DNA of 64,000 nucleotides, from the NCBI GenBank assembly GCA_963796685.1, contig CAWCMR010000020.1:45519-109518 (forward strand), written 5' to 3'. Source of the DNA: an uncultured delta proteobacterium. Lineage in GTDB: Bacteria; Myxococcota_A; Polyangia; Fen-1088. This document shows, piece by piece, positions 48,982 to 58,009 of this stretch. Numbering within the stretch: position 1 is the first letter of the stretch; each line of letters opens with the position of its first letter. Made by a program: the position numbers and the translations under genes. The notes beneath the pieces are model-generated. The model saw only the letters and a program-made list of their open reading frames with translations, ran no database searches and was not told the origin of the DNA.

Positions 48982-51681
48982 ATGATGTACACCAGCCGTT
49001 CGAGCAGCGCACTCAAGGGGCATTCGGCACTGATTTGCACGGGGGCAATTGCCTTGATTGCGGGGTTTGGCTGCACCAATGCCCAAATCGTCGACGGCTC
49101 CGGCGGCAGCGGAGCGTCGGGGCCCAAGGGCGGCGCGCATGGTGGCAGCAGCGGCTCGAATGGTGGTCAAGGCGGCGGGGTGACCTTCTCGATGCCGGCG
49201 ATTCCCGACGCGGGCCCCGATCGTCCAGGTGGCGGCAATTGCGGCGATGGCATCATCGAACGAAGCGAGCAATGCGACGACGGCAACACCGTCAGCGGAG
49301 ACGGTTGCAGCCTGAGCTGCCAGATCGAGGCAAACTACGAATGCCCCAAGGAGGGCGAGCCGTGTGTCAACCTCGCGGTCTGCGGCAACGGTATCCTGAC
49401 CTCGGACGAGACCTGCGACGACGGCAATACCGAGGACGGCGATGGTTGCTCCAAAGATTGCCAGACCATCGAATCCGGCTACATCTGCCCGGTTCCGGGA
49501 AAGAAATGCATTCCCGAGTGCGGCGACAAGACGATCATGGGTTCGGAGACCTGCGATGACGGTAACACCGCGAGCGGAGACGGTTGTTCCAGCACCTGCC
49601 AGCTCGAGCCGGGATACGCTTGCCCCACACTTGGCGAAGCGTGCGTGAAATCCGAATGCGGCAACGGCAAGATGGAATTGGGCGAGCAGTGCGACTGCGG
49701 AACCGATCCGTCGAAGCTGCCGTCCGACTGCAAGGCCGTGAACGGCCTCTTCTACGGCGATGGCAAGGGCTGCTCCAAGACCTGCACCAAGGAGCCGTCT
49801 TGTCTGGACAGCTCGGGCAAGACCCAGGCCTGCACGGCGACCTGCGGAGACGGGAACATGGATCCCGGTGAGGACTGCGACGACGGTAACCTGGCGGATG
49901 GCGATGGTTGCTCGAGCAAGTGCAAGATTGAAGATGGATTCACCTGCACGACCACCACCGAGCAGGACTCTTCGACGTGTCAGTCGGGTTCGGGTCAGTG
50001 CCTCGAGCTTCCCGTCACCTACCGCGACTTCCAGCCCGAGAACGTCGCCTCGGGGGGCCACCCGGATTTCTTCTTCCTGGGCGCGAAGAAGTCGGGCTCC
50101 ACGTCGCCCACGACCATTTGCGTTCCGAACTCGGGCGGGCCGTCGAAGGGCAATGACTCGACAGCGCGTTGCTGGGGGATCATGGCGGACACCCTGTCCC
50201 ATGGCAAACCACAGCCAGGAACCACGAAGACCTGCGCTTGCCAGTTCAGCGACTGGAACATCGCCAATACGAGCAGGATCCCCGGCAATTACACCCAGGC
50301 CGGCAACGACAGCCCGCTGTCGGATGGAGCGGGCAACTACCTCGGCGGGGCGGCCGGTTCCGCGGTCAGCGTGACCGGCAATGCTGGCGTATCCAGCGGT
50401 ACCATCACCGGCTACACCGCCAGCACCCCCGGCGGCCCGATCTGGGCGGGCACAACGCCTGCCTACAAGGATGCCACCAGCTTCAACCAGTGGTTCAACG
50501 ACGACAAAACGGTGAACAGCACCTTCACGGGCGTCATCGAGATGACCAGCATCGGGACGAATATCTACCAGTACGCCAGCAAGTCGCACCTGGCAACCGG
50601 GGGGTTCTTCCCGCTCGATACGCTCAATGCTTCCCAGGCCACGCTGTGCAACTTGTGGCCGTACTGGAACCACGGCAACGGAAGTGCCATCTGGACCACG
50701 TGCACCGGCGACCAGTACCTTTTCCCGCCCAGGGTCACGGCGGCCGATTGCCCGACCGGGGCCACGCTCACCGACGGCTGCTGGGTGACGGCCGTCCCCG
50801 GTGTCAAGCACGACTCCTACTTCACGGACGAGGCGCGCTACTACTTCGTGTACGACGGCGACGCCGGTATCAGTCTCAGCTTCTACGGCGACGACGATCT
50901 CTACATCTTCATCAACGGCCAGCTCGTCCTCGACCTGGGTGGCGTTCACCAGCAATTGCCTGGCAAGGTTAGCGTCACGGGCAGCCCGGGCGATGCGACC
51001 TTCACGGCTGGCGGTTGTCTCGATAACGCCGGAAATCAGACCGGTGCCAGCGCCGGGTCGACTGCTTGCACCGTCACCAACAACGGGAAGACCTCGCCGG
51101 CCGCGGTGACCCCGGACGATTTCAAGGCTGGTACGGTCAAGCTCGGTCTCGTTACCGGCAAGGTCTACGAGATCGCCATCTTCGGCGCCGATCGCCACCC
51201 GCCCGAGTCGAACTACCAGCTCACCTTGCAGGGCTTCACCACCAAGAAGTCGGCCTGCACGCCCCACTGTGGCGACGGTATCGCCACCAATGGCGAACAG
51301 TGCGACTGTGGCGACGGCACGGTACCGGTACCCGATGGTTGCTCCGGGCCCAACAACGACACCACGTACGGCGGCTGCAAGACGGACTGTACTTACGGGC
51401 CGTTCTGCGGCGACAAGGTGGTCCAAGGGCCGCCCGACGGTCCAGAAGAGTGCGATCTCGGCAAGGACAACGGCAACACCGACCTCGGTAAGAACGGTTG
51501 CACCATCGGCTGCCTGAAGCCGCACTTCTGCGGCGACAACATCGTGGATCCGGGCGAGGCCTGCGACCTTGGCGATCGGAACGGGAAGACGCTGGACGCC
51601 AATCTGCAGCCCTTGGATAGCTCGGACGCCGTCGTCTATTGCAAGCCAGACTGTTCCATTCCGGACGGCATCGTCTTCTAG
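48982..51681 (+). CDS. Lipoprotein with myxobacterial Cys-rich (CGDG..E.CDDGN) repeats and a fibro-slime (PA14-like) domain
   Basis: Repeated CGDG/CGNG..EQCDDGN..GDGCS..C; TYRDF..HPDF, SFNQWF, FFPLD, YFTDE, F.GDDD..IFING.L.LDLGG.H, ESNYQLTL. Confidence 0.92.
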   Translation: MMYTSRSSSALKGHSALICTGAIALIAGFGCTNAQIVDGSGGSGASGPKGGAHGGSSGSNGGQGGGVTFSMPAIPDAGPDRPGGGNCGDGIIERSEQCDDGNTVSGDGCSLSCQIEANYECPKEGEPCVNLAVCGNGILTSDETCDDGNTEDGDGCSKDCQTIESGYICPVPGKKCIPECGDKTIMGSETCDDGNTASGDGCSSTCQLEPGYACPTLGEACVKSECGNGKMELGEQCDCGTDPSKLPSDCKAVNGLFYGDGKGCSKTCTKEPSCLDSSGKTQACTATCGDGNMDPGEDCDDGNLADGDGCSSKCKIEDGFTCTTTTEQDSSTCQSGSGQCLELPVTYRDFQPENVASGGHPDFFFLGAKKSGSTSPTTICVPNSGGPSKGNDSTARCWGIMADTLSHGKPQPGTTKTCACQFSDWNIANTSRIPGNYTQAGNDSPLSDGAGNYLGGAAGSAVSVTGNAGVSSGTITGYTASTPGGPIWAGTTPAYKDATSFNQWFNDDKTVNSTFTGVIEMTSIGTNIYQYASKSHLATGGFFPLDTLNASQATLCNLWPYWNHGNGSAIWTTCTGDQYLFPPRVTAADCPTGATLTDGCWVTAVPGVKHDSYFTDEARYYFVYDGDAGISLSFYGDDDLYIFINGQLVLDLGGVHQQLPGKVSVTGSPGDATFTAGGCLDNAGNQTGASAGSTACTVTNNGKTSPAAVTPDDFKAGTVKLGLVTGKVYEIAIFGADRHPPESNYQLTLQGFTTKKSACTPHCGDGIATNGEQCDCGDGTVPVPDGCSGPNNDTTYGGCKTDCTYGPFCGDKVVQGPPDGPEECDLGKDNGNTDLGKNGCTIGCLKPHFCGDNIVDPGEACDLGDRNGKTLDANLQPLDSSDAVVYCKPDCSIPDGIVF

Positions 51682-51722
51682 CCTTACCGTCCGGGCGCCT
51701 GGCGCCCTACGCTTGCCGAGCC

Positions 51723-52463
51723 CTATTTATCGGCGAAGTACCAATTGTGCTGGCGCTTTTCGCCGACCCACTCGGACATTTCGCGGGCGGTGAAGAGGCC
51801 CCTCTCTATCCAGTAGTGGCCGATGGGCTTCTGCATTCGCCGTTGCCGGCCCACCACGGCTAGCCACTCAAAATGCGAGAGATAGCCCCGATTGCGCGCG
51901 AACTCGGCCAGGGGCTCGTCGAGCTTTCGCGTCTCTTGCCTCAACTCCAAGATGCGGTTGAGGGTGGCGAGATCGAGGTAGCCGAAGGTCATGGCGATTT
52001 CGCCGACTCGGGGCCGTTGGCGTGCTTGCCAGCGGATCGCACCGGACAGCTCCTGCTGGCTGATGTGCCCATCGTAGTACAGGAACTCGCCCAGTTTCAG
52101 ACGCCGTGATGGACGCCGTCCAAGATAGAACGTGCTGACCGAGGGGGGCTTGGGTTCGTGCGGAGCCTGCGTCGGCGTGGTCCGCGGCGGTGGCGCAGAT
52201 TTCCCGACGGCCGCCGGACGGGAAAGAAATCCAAGGATCCGATCATAGGCTCCTTGCAACTCGACGAATCGTGCTTGTAGGACGGCAGCCGGAATTCCCA
52301 GGCTGCGAGCGCGATCCGGGTGCACCGCGAAGACTCGCTTGTGAAAGGCCCGTTTGAGAAGCGAGGGCGTGAGCGAGCTCCACCAGCCGGGACGCGAGCA
52401 AAAATCCGCGCCCAAAAGGTGCGCGCAGGCTCGTTCTATGTCGGTGCTTTCGCTGGCTGTCAT
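51723..52463 (-). CDS. J-domain protein with C-terminal MshEN-like repeats
   Basis: LKRAFHKRVFAVHPDR...RFVELQGAYDRI; KLGEFLYYDGHISQQELSGAIRWQ and three related repeats. Confidence 0.85.
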   Translation of the reverse strand: MTASESTDIERACAHLLGADFCSRPGWWSSLTPSLLKRAFHKRVFAVHPDRARSLGIPAAVLQARFVELQGAYDRILGFLSRPAAVGKSAPPPRTTPTQAPHEPKPPSVSTFYLGRRPSRRLKLGEFLYYDGHISQQELSGAIRWQARQRPRVGEIAMTFGYLDLATLNRILELRQETRKLDEPLAEFARNRGYLSHFEWLAVVGRQRRMQKPIGHYWIERGLFTAREMSEWVGEKRQHNWYFADK

Positions 52464-52823
52464 GGGGCATCCGCGCCTGCCCTGCTTCGATGTGCTGGGG
52501 GCGACTGTAGATGCCAGCCGGGCGAGCGGCAAAAAACTCGTTGCTTGGCCACTGGACGAACTGCGTTGCGAGTGGTGAGAAATGCGACGCCATCCTGGAT
52601 TCGGATGCCGGGAAAATCGACAGCGCGGATAACCTACTGAAATTACATGGGGTGGTGTGCTGAAAAGCGCGAATTCAAGTGCGGTGGCTAGAGCGACGGT
52701 GTTGTAAAATGCGACGCGTCTAGCGTGCGTGGCAGGTCGTGGCCGACGGCATGGGGCGTGCGTGAGCGATGAAATCCCGAAGATTTCGGAGAATGTCGCC
52801 CTCGCCCCGTGGGGACGGGGACT

Positions 52824-52839
52824 TGGCTCCCCTCTTGCG
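52824..52839 (+). promoter_or_regulatory. Sigma54 (-24/-12) promoter of the redox operon
   Basis: TGGCTCCCCTCTTGCG = GG-N10-GC with TGGC and TTGC, about 60 bp upstream of ATG 52901. Confidence 0.65.
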
Positions 52840-52900
52840 TATGCAGGGGGCAAGCGCTCTTCGCCAATCGCCAACGGACCCAACCTACGAGGTGAACGAA

Positions 52901-53593
52901 ATGGTTGCCCTGTTTGTCATCGGACTCATGCTCTGCGCCCTGACCATCGACTACATCGTGCAGCGGTTGGCTGTTCGCTTGCCGACCGCGCGGGAGGTCT
53001 CGGATGCCCTCGAAGGCATCTTCATGGACGGCGGCCATCTGTGGATCCGACCCGAGGCGAGGGGACTGGCGCGCGTCGGCACCGATGGCGTGGTCAGCGT
53101 TCTGCTCGGCTCGCCCCAGCGTATCGACTGGCCATCCAAGGGGCCGGTCAGGCGCGGAGAGCCCTTGGCCGTGGTGCACGGCCGAGGGCGCAGCCTGATT
53201 TTGCGTTCACCGGTCGACGGCGAGGTGGTCGAGCAGAACGCGAAATTCACCACGGCTGTCGCGAAGAACGTCACGGGAGCCTTCGACGATCGGTGGATGG
53301 TTCGCGTGAAGACACCCGATCTCGTGCCCCATCTTTCGGCCATGAAGACGGGACCCACGCTGCGGGATTGGTGGCGACAGGAGATGGATCGTCTGCGCGC
53401 GTTTGCGCTTTCGCGCCTGCCCGCGACCGCCGTCGGAGCCACGGCCGCAGACGGTGGACCGCTGGGCGCCGACCTGGCGTCACGGCTGGACGACGAAGCC
53501 TGGAGCGAGGCCGTGCGCCTGATGCTGGGCAACGAGAGCCTGGAACAAGACGCCGCGACCGACGGGCAGCCAGTTTCCGGAGGTCGTCCGTGA
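52901..53593 (+). CDS. Membrane-anchored glycine-cleavage-H-like protein lacking the lipoyl lysine
   Basis: N-terminal TM; GHLWIR....ARVG.D....LLG....I..P..G.V.RGEPL......L.SPVDGEVVE.N...W...V (GcvH fold); HGRGRS replaces the ESVK lipoylation motif. Confidence 0.8.
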   Translation: MVALFVIGLMLCALTIDYIVQRLAVRLPTAREVSDALEGIFMDGGHLWIRPEARGLARVGTDGVVSVLLGSPQRIDWPSKGPVRRGEPLAVVHGRGRSLILRSPVDGEVVEQNAKFTTAVAKNVTGAFDDRWMVRVKTPDLVPHLSAMKTGPTLRDWWRQEMDRLRAFALSRLPATAVGATAADGGPLGADLASRLDDEAWSEAVRLMLGNESLEQDAATDGQPVSGGRP

Positions 53594-54357
53594 AGGCCGG
53601 CCTGCTCATCGACACCACCAAGTGCATCGGCTGCGGCGGCTGTGCGATGGCGTGCAAGGAGGCGAACGACTTGCCCAAGGACGGCGGCCAAGCGCTGTCC
53701 GCCACCACCTGGACCATCGTCGAGGAACGGGAAGGCGTTCACATCCGCCGCATGTGCATGCACTGCGAGGATCCCGCCTGCGCCTCGGTTTGCCCGGTCG
53801 GAGCCTTGCGCAAGACCGAGGAAGGGGCCGTCACCTACGACGAGACCAAGTGCATCGGCTGCCGCTACTGCATGATGGCCTGTCCCTTCGGCATCCCCCG
53901 CTACGAATGGTCGAAGCCGGTGCCGCGCATGCGCAAGTGCATCCTGTGCTACGAGAAGGCGACCCGTTTCGGCAAGCCCACGGCCTGCGCACAGGTTTGT
54001 CCCACCGGCGCCACCAAGTTCGGCGAGCGCGCCGCCCTGGTCCGCGAAGCCCAGGAGCGCATCCGCACCGAGCCCGACCGTTACACCCACCACGTGTTCG
54101 GGCTGGAGGAGGCGGGCGGCACCTCGGTGCTGTTCCTCGCGGCAGTGGACTTCGCCCGGTTGGGTTTTCGCACGAAGGTGCGCAAAGAGCGCTATCCGCA
54201 GCTCACCTGGAACGTGCTGTCGCGCCTGCCCAACGTGGTCAGCGTGGCCGGCGCGGGAATGGCCGGCGTGTGGTGGCTGATGAACCGACGCGAGGAGGTG
54301 GCGCTGGAAGAGAAATCCAAAACCCAACGCGTCCCGAGCAAGAAGGAGAAGCCATGA
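53590..54357 (+). CDS. HybA/NrfC/FdnH-like 4x[4Fe-4S] protein with C-terminal TM
   Basis: LLIDTTKCIGCGGCAMACK, CMHCEDPACASVCPVGA, CIGCRYCMMACPFGIP, KCILC..PTACAQVCPTGA..FGER, GLEEAGGTS; GTGA overlap. Confidence 0.93.
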   Translation: MKAGLLIDTTKCIGCGGCAMACKEANDLPKDGGQALSATTWTIVEEREGVHIRRMCMHCEDPACASVCPVGALRKTEEGAVTYDETKCIGCRYCMMACPFGIPRYEWSKPVPRMRKCILCYEKATRFGKPTACAQVCPTGATKFGERAALVREAQERIRTEPDRYTHHVFGLEEAGGTSVLFLAAVDFARLGFRTKVRKERYPQLTWNVLSRLPNVVSVAGAGMAGVWWLMNRREEVALEEKSKTQRVPSKKEKP

Positions 54358-55964
54358 AGACGCAGGCGAACAGCGAGCGAACACCCGTGGTCACCTTCTG
54401 GCGCGTGGTGTTCGTGGCCATCATGGCCCTGGGCGCGTACGCGAGCTACGTGCGCTTCGCCCGCGGACTCGGTCCCTCGACCCATCTTTCGGACGCGTTC
54501 CCGTGGGGCGTGTGGATCGGCTTCGACGTCTTGGTCGGGGTCGGGCTGGCCGCGGGCGGCTTCGTGATCTCGGCGGTGGTGCACGTGTTCGGCATCAAGC
54601 GCTGCGAGAGCATGGCCCGTCCGGCGGTGCTGACCGCGTTCATGGGTTACCTGCTGGTCTCGGCCGCGCTGACCTTCGACGTCGGACAGCCGTGGCGCAT
54701 GTGGCACCCGCTCGTGATGTGGAACCCGCACTCGGTCATGTTCGAGGTCGCCTGGTGCGTGATGCTCTACACCGGCGTGCTGTCCATCGAGTTCTCGCCC
54801 ATGCTCTTCGAGCGCCTGGGCTGGCAGCGCCCGCTGCGCCTGGTGCGCGCCTTGTACACGCCGTTCGTGATTCTCGGCGTGATGCTGTCGATGATGCACC
54901 AGTCGTCGCTGGGCACGGTGTTCCTGATCATGCCCGACAAGCTGTACGGCCTGTGGTACACGCCCTGGCTGCCGGTGTTCTTCTTCATGACCGCGGTGGC
55001 CGCGGGGTTGGCCATGACCATCGTCGAATCGAACCTGTCGGCGCGGGCCTTCGGCGAACGCCTGGACGAGAGGGTTCTGCAAGGGGCGGCGCGGGTCATC
55101 GTGGTCCTGCTCGGCGTCTACGGCTTGTGGAAGGTCGAGGATCTCTATGGTCGCGGCAATCTGGGGCTGGTGTTTCGCTTCTCGCAAGAGAGCGTGATGT
55201 TCTGGGGCGAGATGGGCCTGGGTGTGTTTCTGCCCATGCTGCTGTTCGCGATTCCGCGTATCCGTCGCAACCGGCACGGGCTTTTCCTGGGGGCGGTGCT
55301 GACCGTGATGGGCTTCGTCGTCAACCGCCTGAACGTGTCGGTGACCGGGATGATGGGCGCGAGCGGCGCGCATTACTTCCCCTCGTGGATGGAGCTGGCG
55401 GTGACCGCCGCCATGGTGGCCGCCGGCTTTGCCGGCTTCGCGTTCGCGGTCAAGCACCTGAACGTGTTCGGTCACGGGCACGCACAGGCCGAGCCCGCCA
55501 AGGCCGAGGCCGAGCTCGAATCGGCGACCCGCCAGACGACCATCAACGGACCCGGCCTGGCCACGCTGTGGGGGCTCATGGCCGTGGGCACCGTGCTCAT
55601 GCTGGTGGCCGGCCGGTCGACCCCCGCCATGGCCCGGACGCTGCCCGCGCCCGCGCCAGCGATTGCTGCCGCGGCCGCTGCCACCACTCCCGACTTGTCT
55701 TTGCCCGATGCCTTCGAATTTCCCATGGGCGACGGCAGCCCGGGCCAGGTCACCTTCAACCACGAAACCCACGTGCCGCGCATCGAGGATAAGAGCTACC
55801 TCTGCGCGACCTGCCACGAAAGCGCGTTCTCCCTTCTCCGCCACGGCCAGGCGCAGGTCGGCCCCGTCACCATGGAGCGCATGAAGAAGGGCGAGCTGTG
55901 CGGCGCCTGCCACAACGGCAAGAAGGCCTTCGCCGTCGACGAGTGCACGAGCTGCCACCAGTAG
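54354..55964 (+). CDS. NrfD/HybB-family integral membrane subunit fused to a C-terminal triheme c7-type cytochrome
   Basis: T.LSD.FPWG.WI.FDVL.GV.LAAGG, DVGQPWR, SVMFEVAWC, HQSSLG, NRLNV, YFPSWME; then VTFNHETH, CATCH, CGACHNGKKAF, CTSCH. Confidence 0.92.
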   Translation: MKTQANSERTPVVTFWRVVFVAIMALGAYASYVRFARGLGPSTHLSDAFPWGVWIGFDVLVGVGLAAGGFVISAVVHVFGIKRCESMARPAVLTAFMGYLLVSAALTFDVGQPWRMWHPLVMWNPHSVMFEVAWCVMLYTGVLSIEFSPMLFERLGWQRPLRLVRALYTPFVILGVMLSMMHQSSLGTVFLIMPDKLYGLWYTPWLPVFFFMTAVAAGLAMTIVESNLSARAFGERLDERVLQGAARVIVVLLGVYGLWKVEDLYGRGNLGLVFRFSQESVMFWGEMGLGVFLPMLLFAIPRIRRNRHGLFLGAVLTVMGFVVNRLNVSVTGMMGASGAHYFPSWMELAVTAAMVAAGFAGFAFAVKHLNVFGHGHAQAEPAKAEAELESATRQTTINGPGLATLWGLMAVGTVLMLVAGRSTPAMARTLPAPAPAIAAAAAATTPDLSLPDAFEFPMGDGSPGQVTFNHETHVPRIEDKSYLCATCHESAFSLLRHGQAQVGPVTMERMKKGELCGACHNGKKAFAVDECTSCHQ

Positions 55965-57181
55965 GGGGGCGGTTCAGAGGATCACGGAAGGCCGCAAACG
56001 AGCTGGGTACACTCCCAGCGTTCGTCCTGCAGGTTGTAAGCGCAGGGGGTGTAGGCTAGGGGGGACGCGGTGTCTGTCCCCGCGTCGAGCGAAGCGCAGT
56101 CCGAATCGTTGAGGCAGAGGTCCGATGCCGTATGGCAATAGTAGGGGTTCGGACCGCCATAGTTCCTGCCCTCGACCACGGCTTCGGGATTTGAGGAGTA
56201 GCAGGTCTCCATCGAGGGAGAGCAATATCCGCCTGGACCGCAATCCGAGTCCACCGCGCAATTGCCTCCAACGTCACACTCATTCGCGCTGTTGTCCGTG
56301 GACGAGCCACGGCAAAGGCAGGGCGTCCTCGCTCCGCAATCCGAGTCGGTGAAGCACTCGTCGTACGAACATCCGCCGGGTGAGACCAGGCCTGCCCAGG
56401 GGAAACACCGGCCGCTTTTCCCGCCTGTGCACTGGGAGTCGGAGGTACAACTGGAACACATTGTGCCAGCGCAGGACGGTCCAGGACCGCGTTGCGAGGG
56501 GCAGGACGCAGACGTGCTGCGATGTTGGAGCGGAACCTTCGCGTCGCCCGCCGCGCTTGGTCCGTCGGAAACGGCATCTGGGCCAGGCGCCGCATCCGGA
56601 GACTCGGGTGGTGGCACACAGGTCCAGCAGCCGCACGGGCAGCCACACGGCCCGCTGCAGTCGCAGTCGTTGGCGGGCGCGAGGACCAAGTCGTCGAGGC
56701 ATGTCGGCGGAGGAACACAAGGCGGTATGATGCAAGTCACGCCGCTTCCTCCGGAGCCAGGTGCACCACCGACGCCGCCTCTCCCGGATGAACCGGAGAC
56801 GCCGCCCGCCCCACCATCTTCGTTCGAGCCACCTCTCGCGCCTACAACGGAGGCTCCTCCTGTGCCAACCTGGCCGCCGGAACCAGGTGCCCCTCCACTG
56901 CCCGTAGCGCCTCCAGTACCGTGCAGCCCACCGCGAAGAGGGTCAGAGCAGCCCACAACGGACAGCAGCCCCAACAACGCAGAGGCCTTGCCAATCAGCA
57001 ACCAGCCCTCATTCCTGCCCGTGCGGTTTACCCGGTCCAAGACATTCCTTCCTCGCCCTGCGAGTGTACCCCGAACGCGATGAGGCCTCCATGGACGGCC
57101 GTGCTCGCCGTCACGCGGCGGCCTGCTTTCGCGCTCGAGGCGCTGGCTGAAGGCGACGATTGCACGAGCTGCCACCAGTAG
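55937..57181 (+). repeat. 28-bp direct repeat (27/28) duplicating the cytochrome gene 3' end: 55937-55964 and 57154-57181
   Basis: CGACGA(G/T)TGCACGAGCTGCCACCAGTAG at both positions, encoding D(E/D)CTSCHQ*. Confidence 0.9.
55982..57040 (-). CDS. Gly/Cys-rich lipoprotein
   Basis: Lipobox VVGC, Gly-rich linker, repeated C..D.DC modules. Start uncertain (in-frame TTG 57040 after GAGGAAGGA). Confidence 0.78.
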   Translation of the reverse strand: MDRVNRTGRNEGWLLIGKASALLGLLSVVGCSDPLRGGLHGTGGATGSGGAPGSGGQVGTGGASVVGARGGSNEDGGAGGVSGSSGRGGVGGAPGSGGSGVTCIIPPCVPPPTCLDDLVLAPANDCDCSGPCGCPCGCWTCVPPPESPDAAPGPDAVSDGPSAAGDAKVPLQHRSTSASCPSQRGPGPSCAGTMCSSCTSDSQCTGGKSGRCFPWAGLVSPGGCSYDECFTDSDCGARTPCLCRGSSTDNSANECDVGGNCAVDSDCGPGGYCSPSMETCYSSNPEAVVEGRNYGGPNPYYCHTASDLCLNDSDCASLDAGTDTASPLAYTPCAYNLQDERWECTQLVCGLP

Positions 57182-57191
57182 CGCATCCCCC

Positions 57192-57587
57192 CTACGACAG
57201 CAGGCTCATGCCCGATTTCACCGCGTTCTTGTCGAAAGTGACTGTTCGGTCGCAACCGGCGGCAGCGGCGCTACGCTCGATGAGGCAGTCGGCGAAGTCG
57301 GCTTTTCCCCGCTCGAACAGGCGCAGCGCCTGCCACACGGTTTCTGCATTCGCGATCACAAGCTGGCGACTTCCGAGAATTCGTCGAACGATTTGGGCCA
57401 CGTCTTCCCGCGAGGCCGCGTAGCAGCTTTCCGCCACCCACACCACCTCGACCAGGGCGACCAGTCCAACGAATCCAGGGGATGTCTCGCTGCACTCGCG
57501 CTCGATGAGGGTGGTGGCTCTTTTCGACTGTGCGGCATCGTCCTGCGCGATGTATCGAACCAGGATATTCGTGTCGATACCGGTCAC
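57192..57587 (-). CDS. PIN-domain toxin (VapC-like)
   Basis: GIDTNILVRY..QDD..Q, LVEVVWV, ADFADCLI, TVTFD; GTGA overlap with the antitoxin. Confidence 0.92.
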   Translation of the reverse strand: MTGIDTNILVRYIAQDDAAQSKRATTLIERECSETSPGFVGLVALVEVVWVAESCYAASREDVAQIVRRILGSRQLVIANAETVWQALRLFERGKADFADCLIERSAAAAGCDRTVTFDKNAVKSGMSLLS

Positions 57588-57823
57588 CGGCCCGCTCCGC
57601 GTGCGCGGATGGCGGCCTTCATGTCCTCGACCGATACGGGCCGCGCGGGCTTGCGCAGAAGACCCTTGAGCGACCGCACGTCGTGCACCGCGGGACAAAG
57701 CGCAAACTCACCGCTGGGCAGTTCGACGAATTCCACCCGGTCGCCAGTGCCGAGGTTGAGCCGCCGTCGCACGTCCTGTGGGATGGTGATTTGTCCCTTG
57801 CTGGTAAGAGTCGCGGTGGCCAT
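57584..57823 (-). CDS. AbrB/MazE/SpoVT-family antitoxin
   Basis: MATATLTSKGQITIPQDVRRRLNL.TGDRVEF...LKGLL....VSVEDM..AI. Confidence 0.93.
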   Translation of the reverse strand: MATATLTSKGQITIPQDVRRRLNLGTGDRVEFVELPSGEFALCPAVHDVRSLKGLLRKPARPVSVEDMKAAIRARGAGR

Positions 57824-57837
57824 GTCGATACCCCTAG

Positions 57838-57858
57838 TTACCTTACTATGAGGTAAGG
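57838..57858. promoter_or_regulatory. Palindromic operator of the TA operon
   Basis: CCTTAC-TATGAG-GTAAGG inverted repeat 18-35 bp upstream of the antitoxin ATG. Confidence 0.7.
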
Positions 57859-57945
57859 AATTGCTATCGGCAACCGAAATGCGAAGGCCCGACTTTTGTT
57901 GCCCAGGCAGTCGAGGAAGCAACACTCGGCCCCCGAGAGGCTCCC

Positions 57946-57974
57946 CTTGACGCGGCGACGCCAGGGGCTAGAGT
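57946..57974 (+). promoter_or_regulatory. Sigma70-like promoter motif, repeated at 63967-63995
   Basis: TTGACG-16 bp-TAGAGT; 23/29 identical to the copy at the window end. Confidence 0.55.
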
Positions 57975-58009
57975 GCTGGGGTCGCATTCGCCTTACGCTG
58001 GACGCCGTC

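Noticed and set aside
52729-54353. Long N-terminal extensions on the Fe-S and NrfD ORFs suggesting larger fusions
   Set aside because: Overlapping-frame run-ons; true starts are at the GTGA/ATGA overlaps (53590, 54354).
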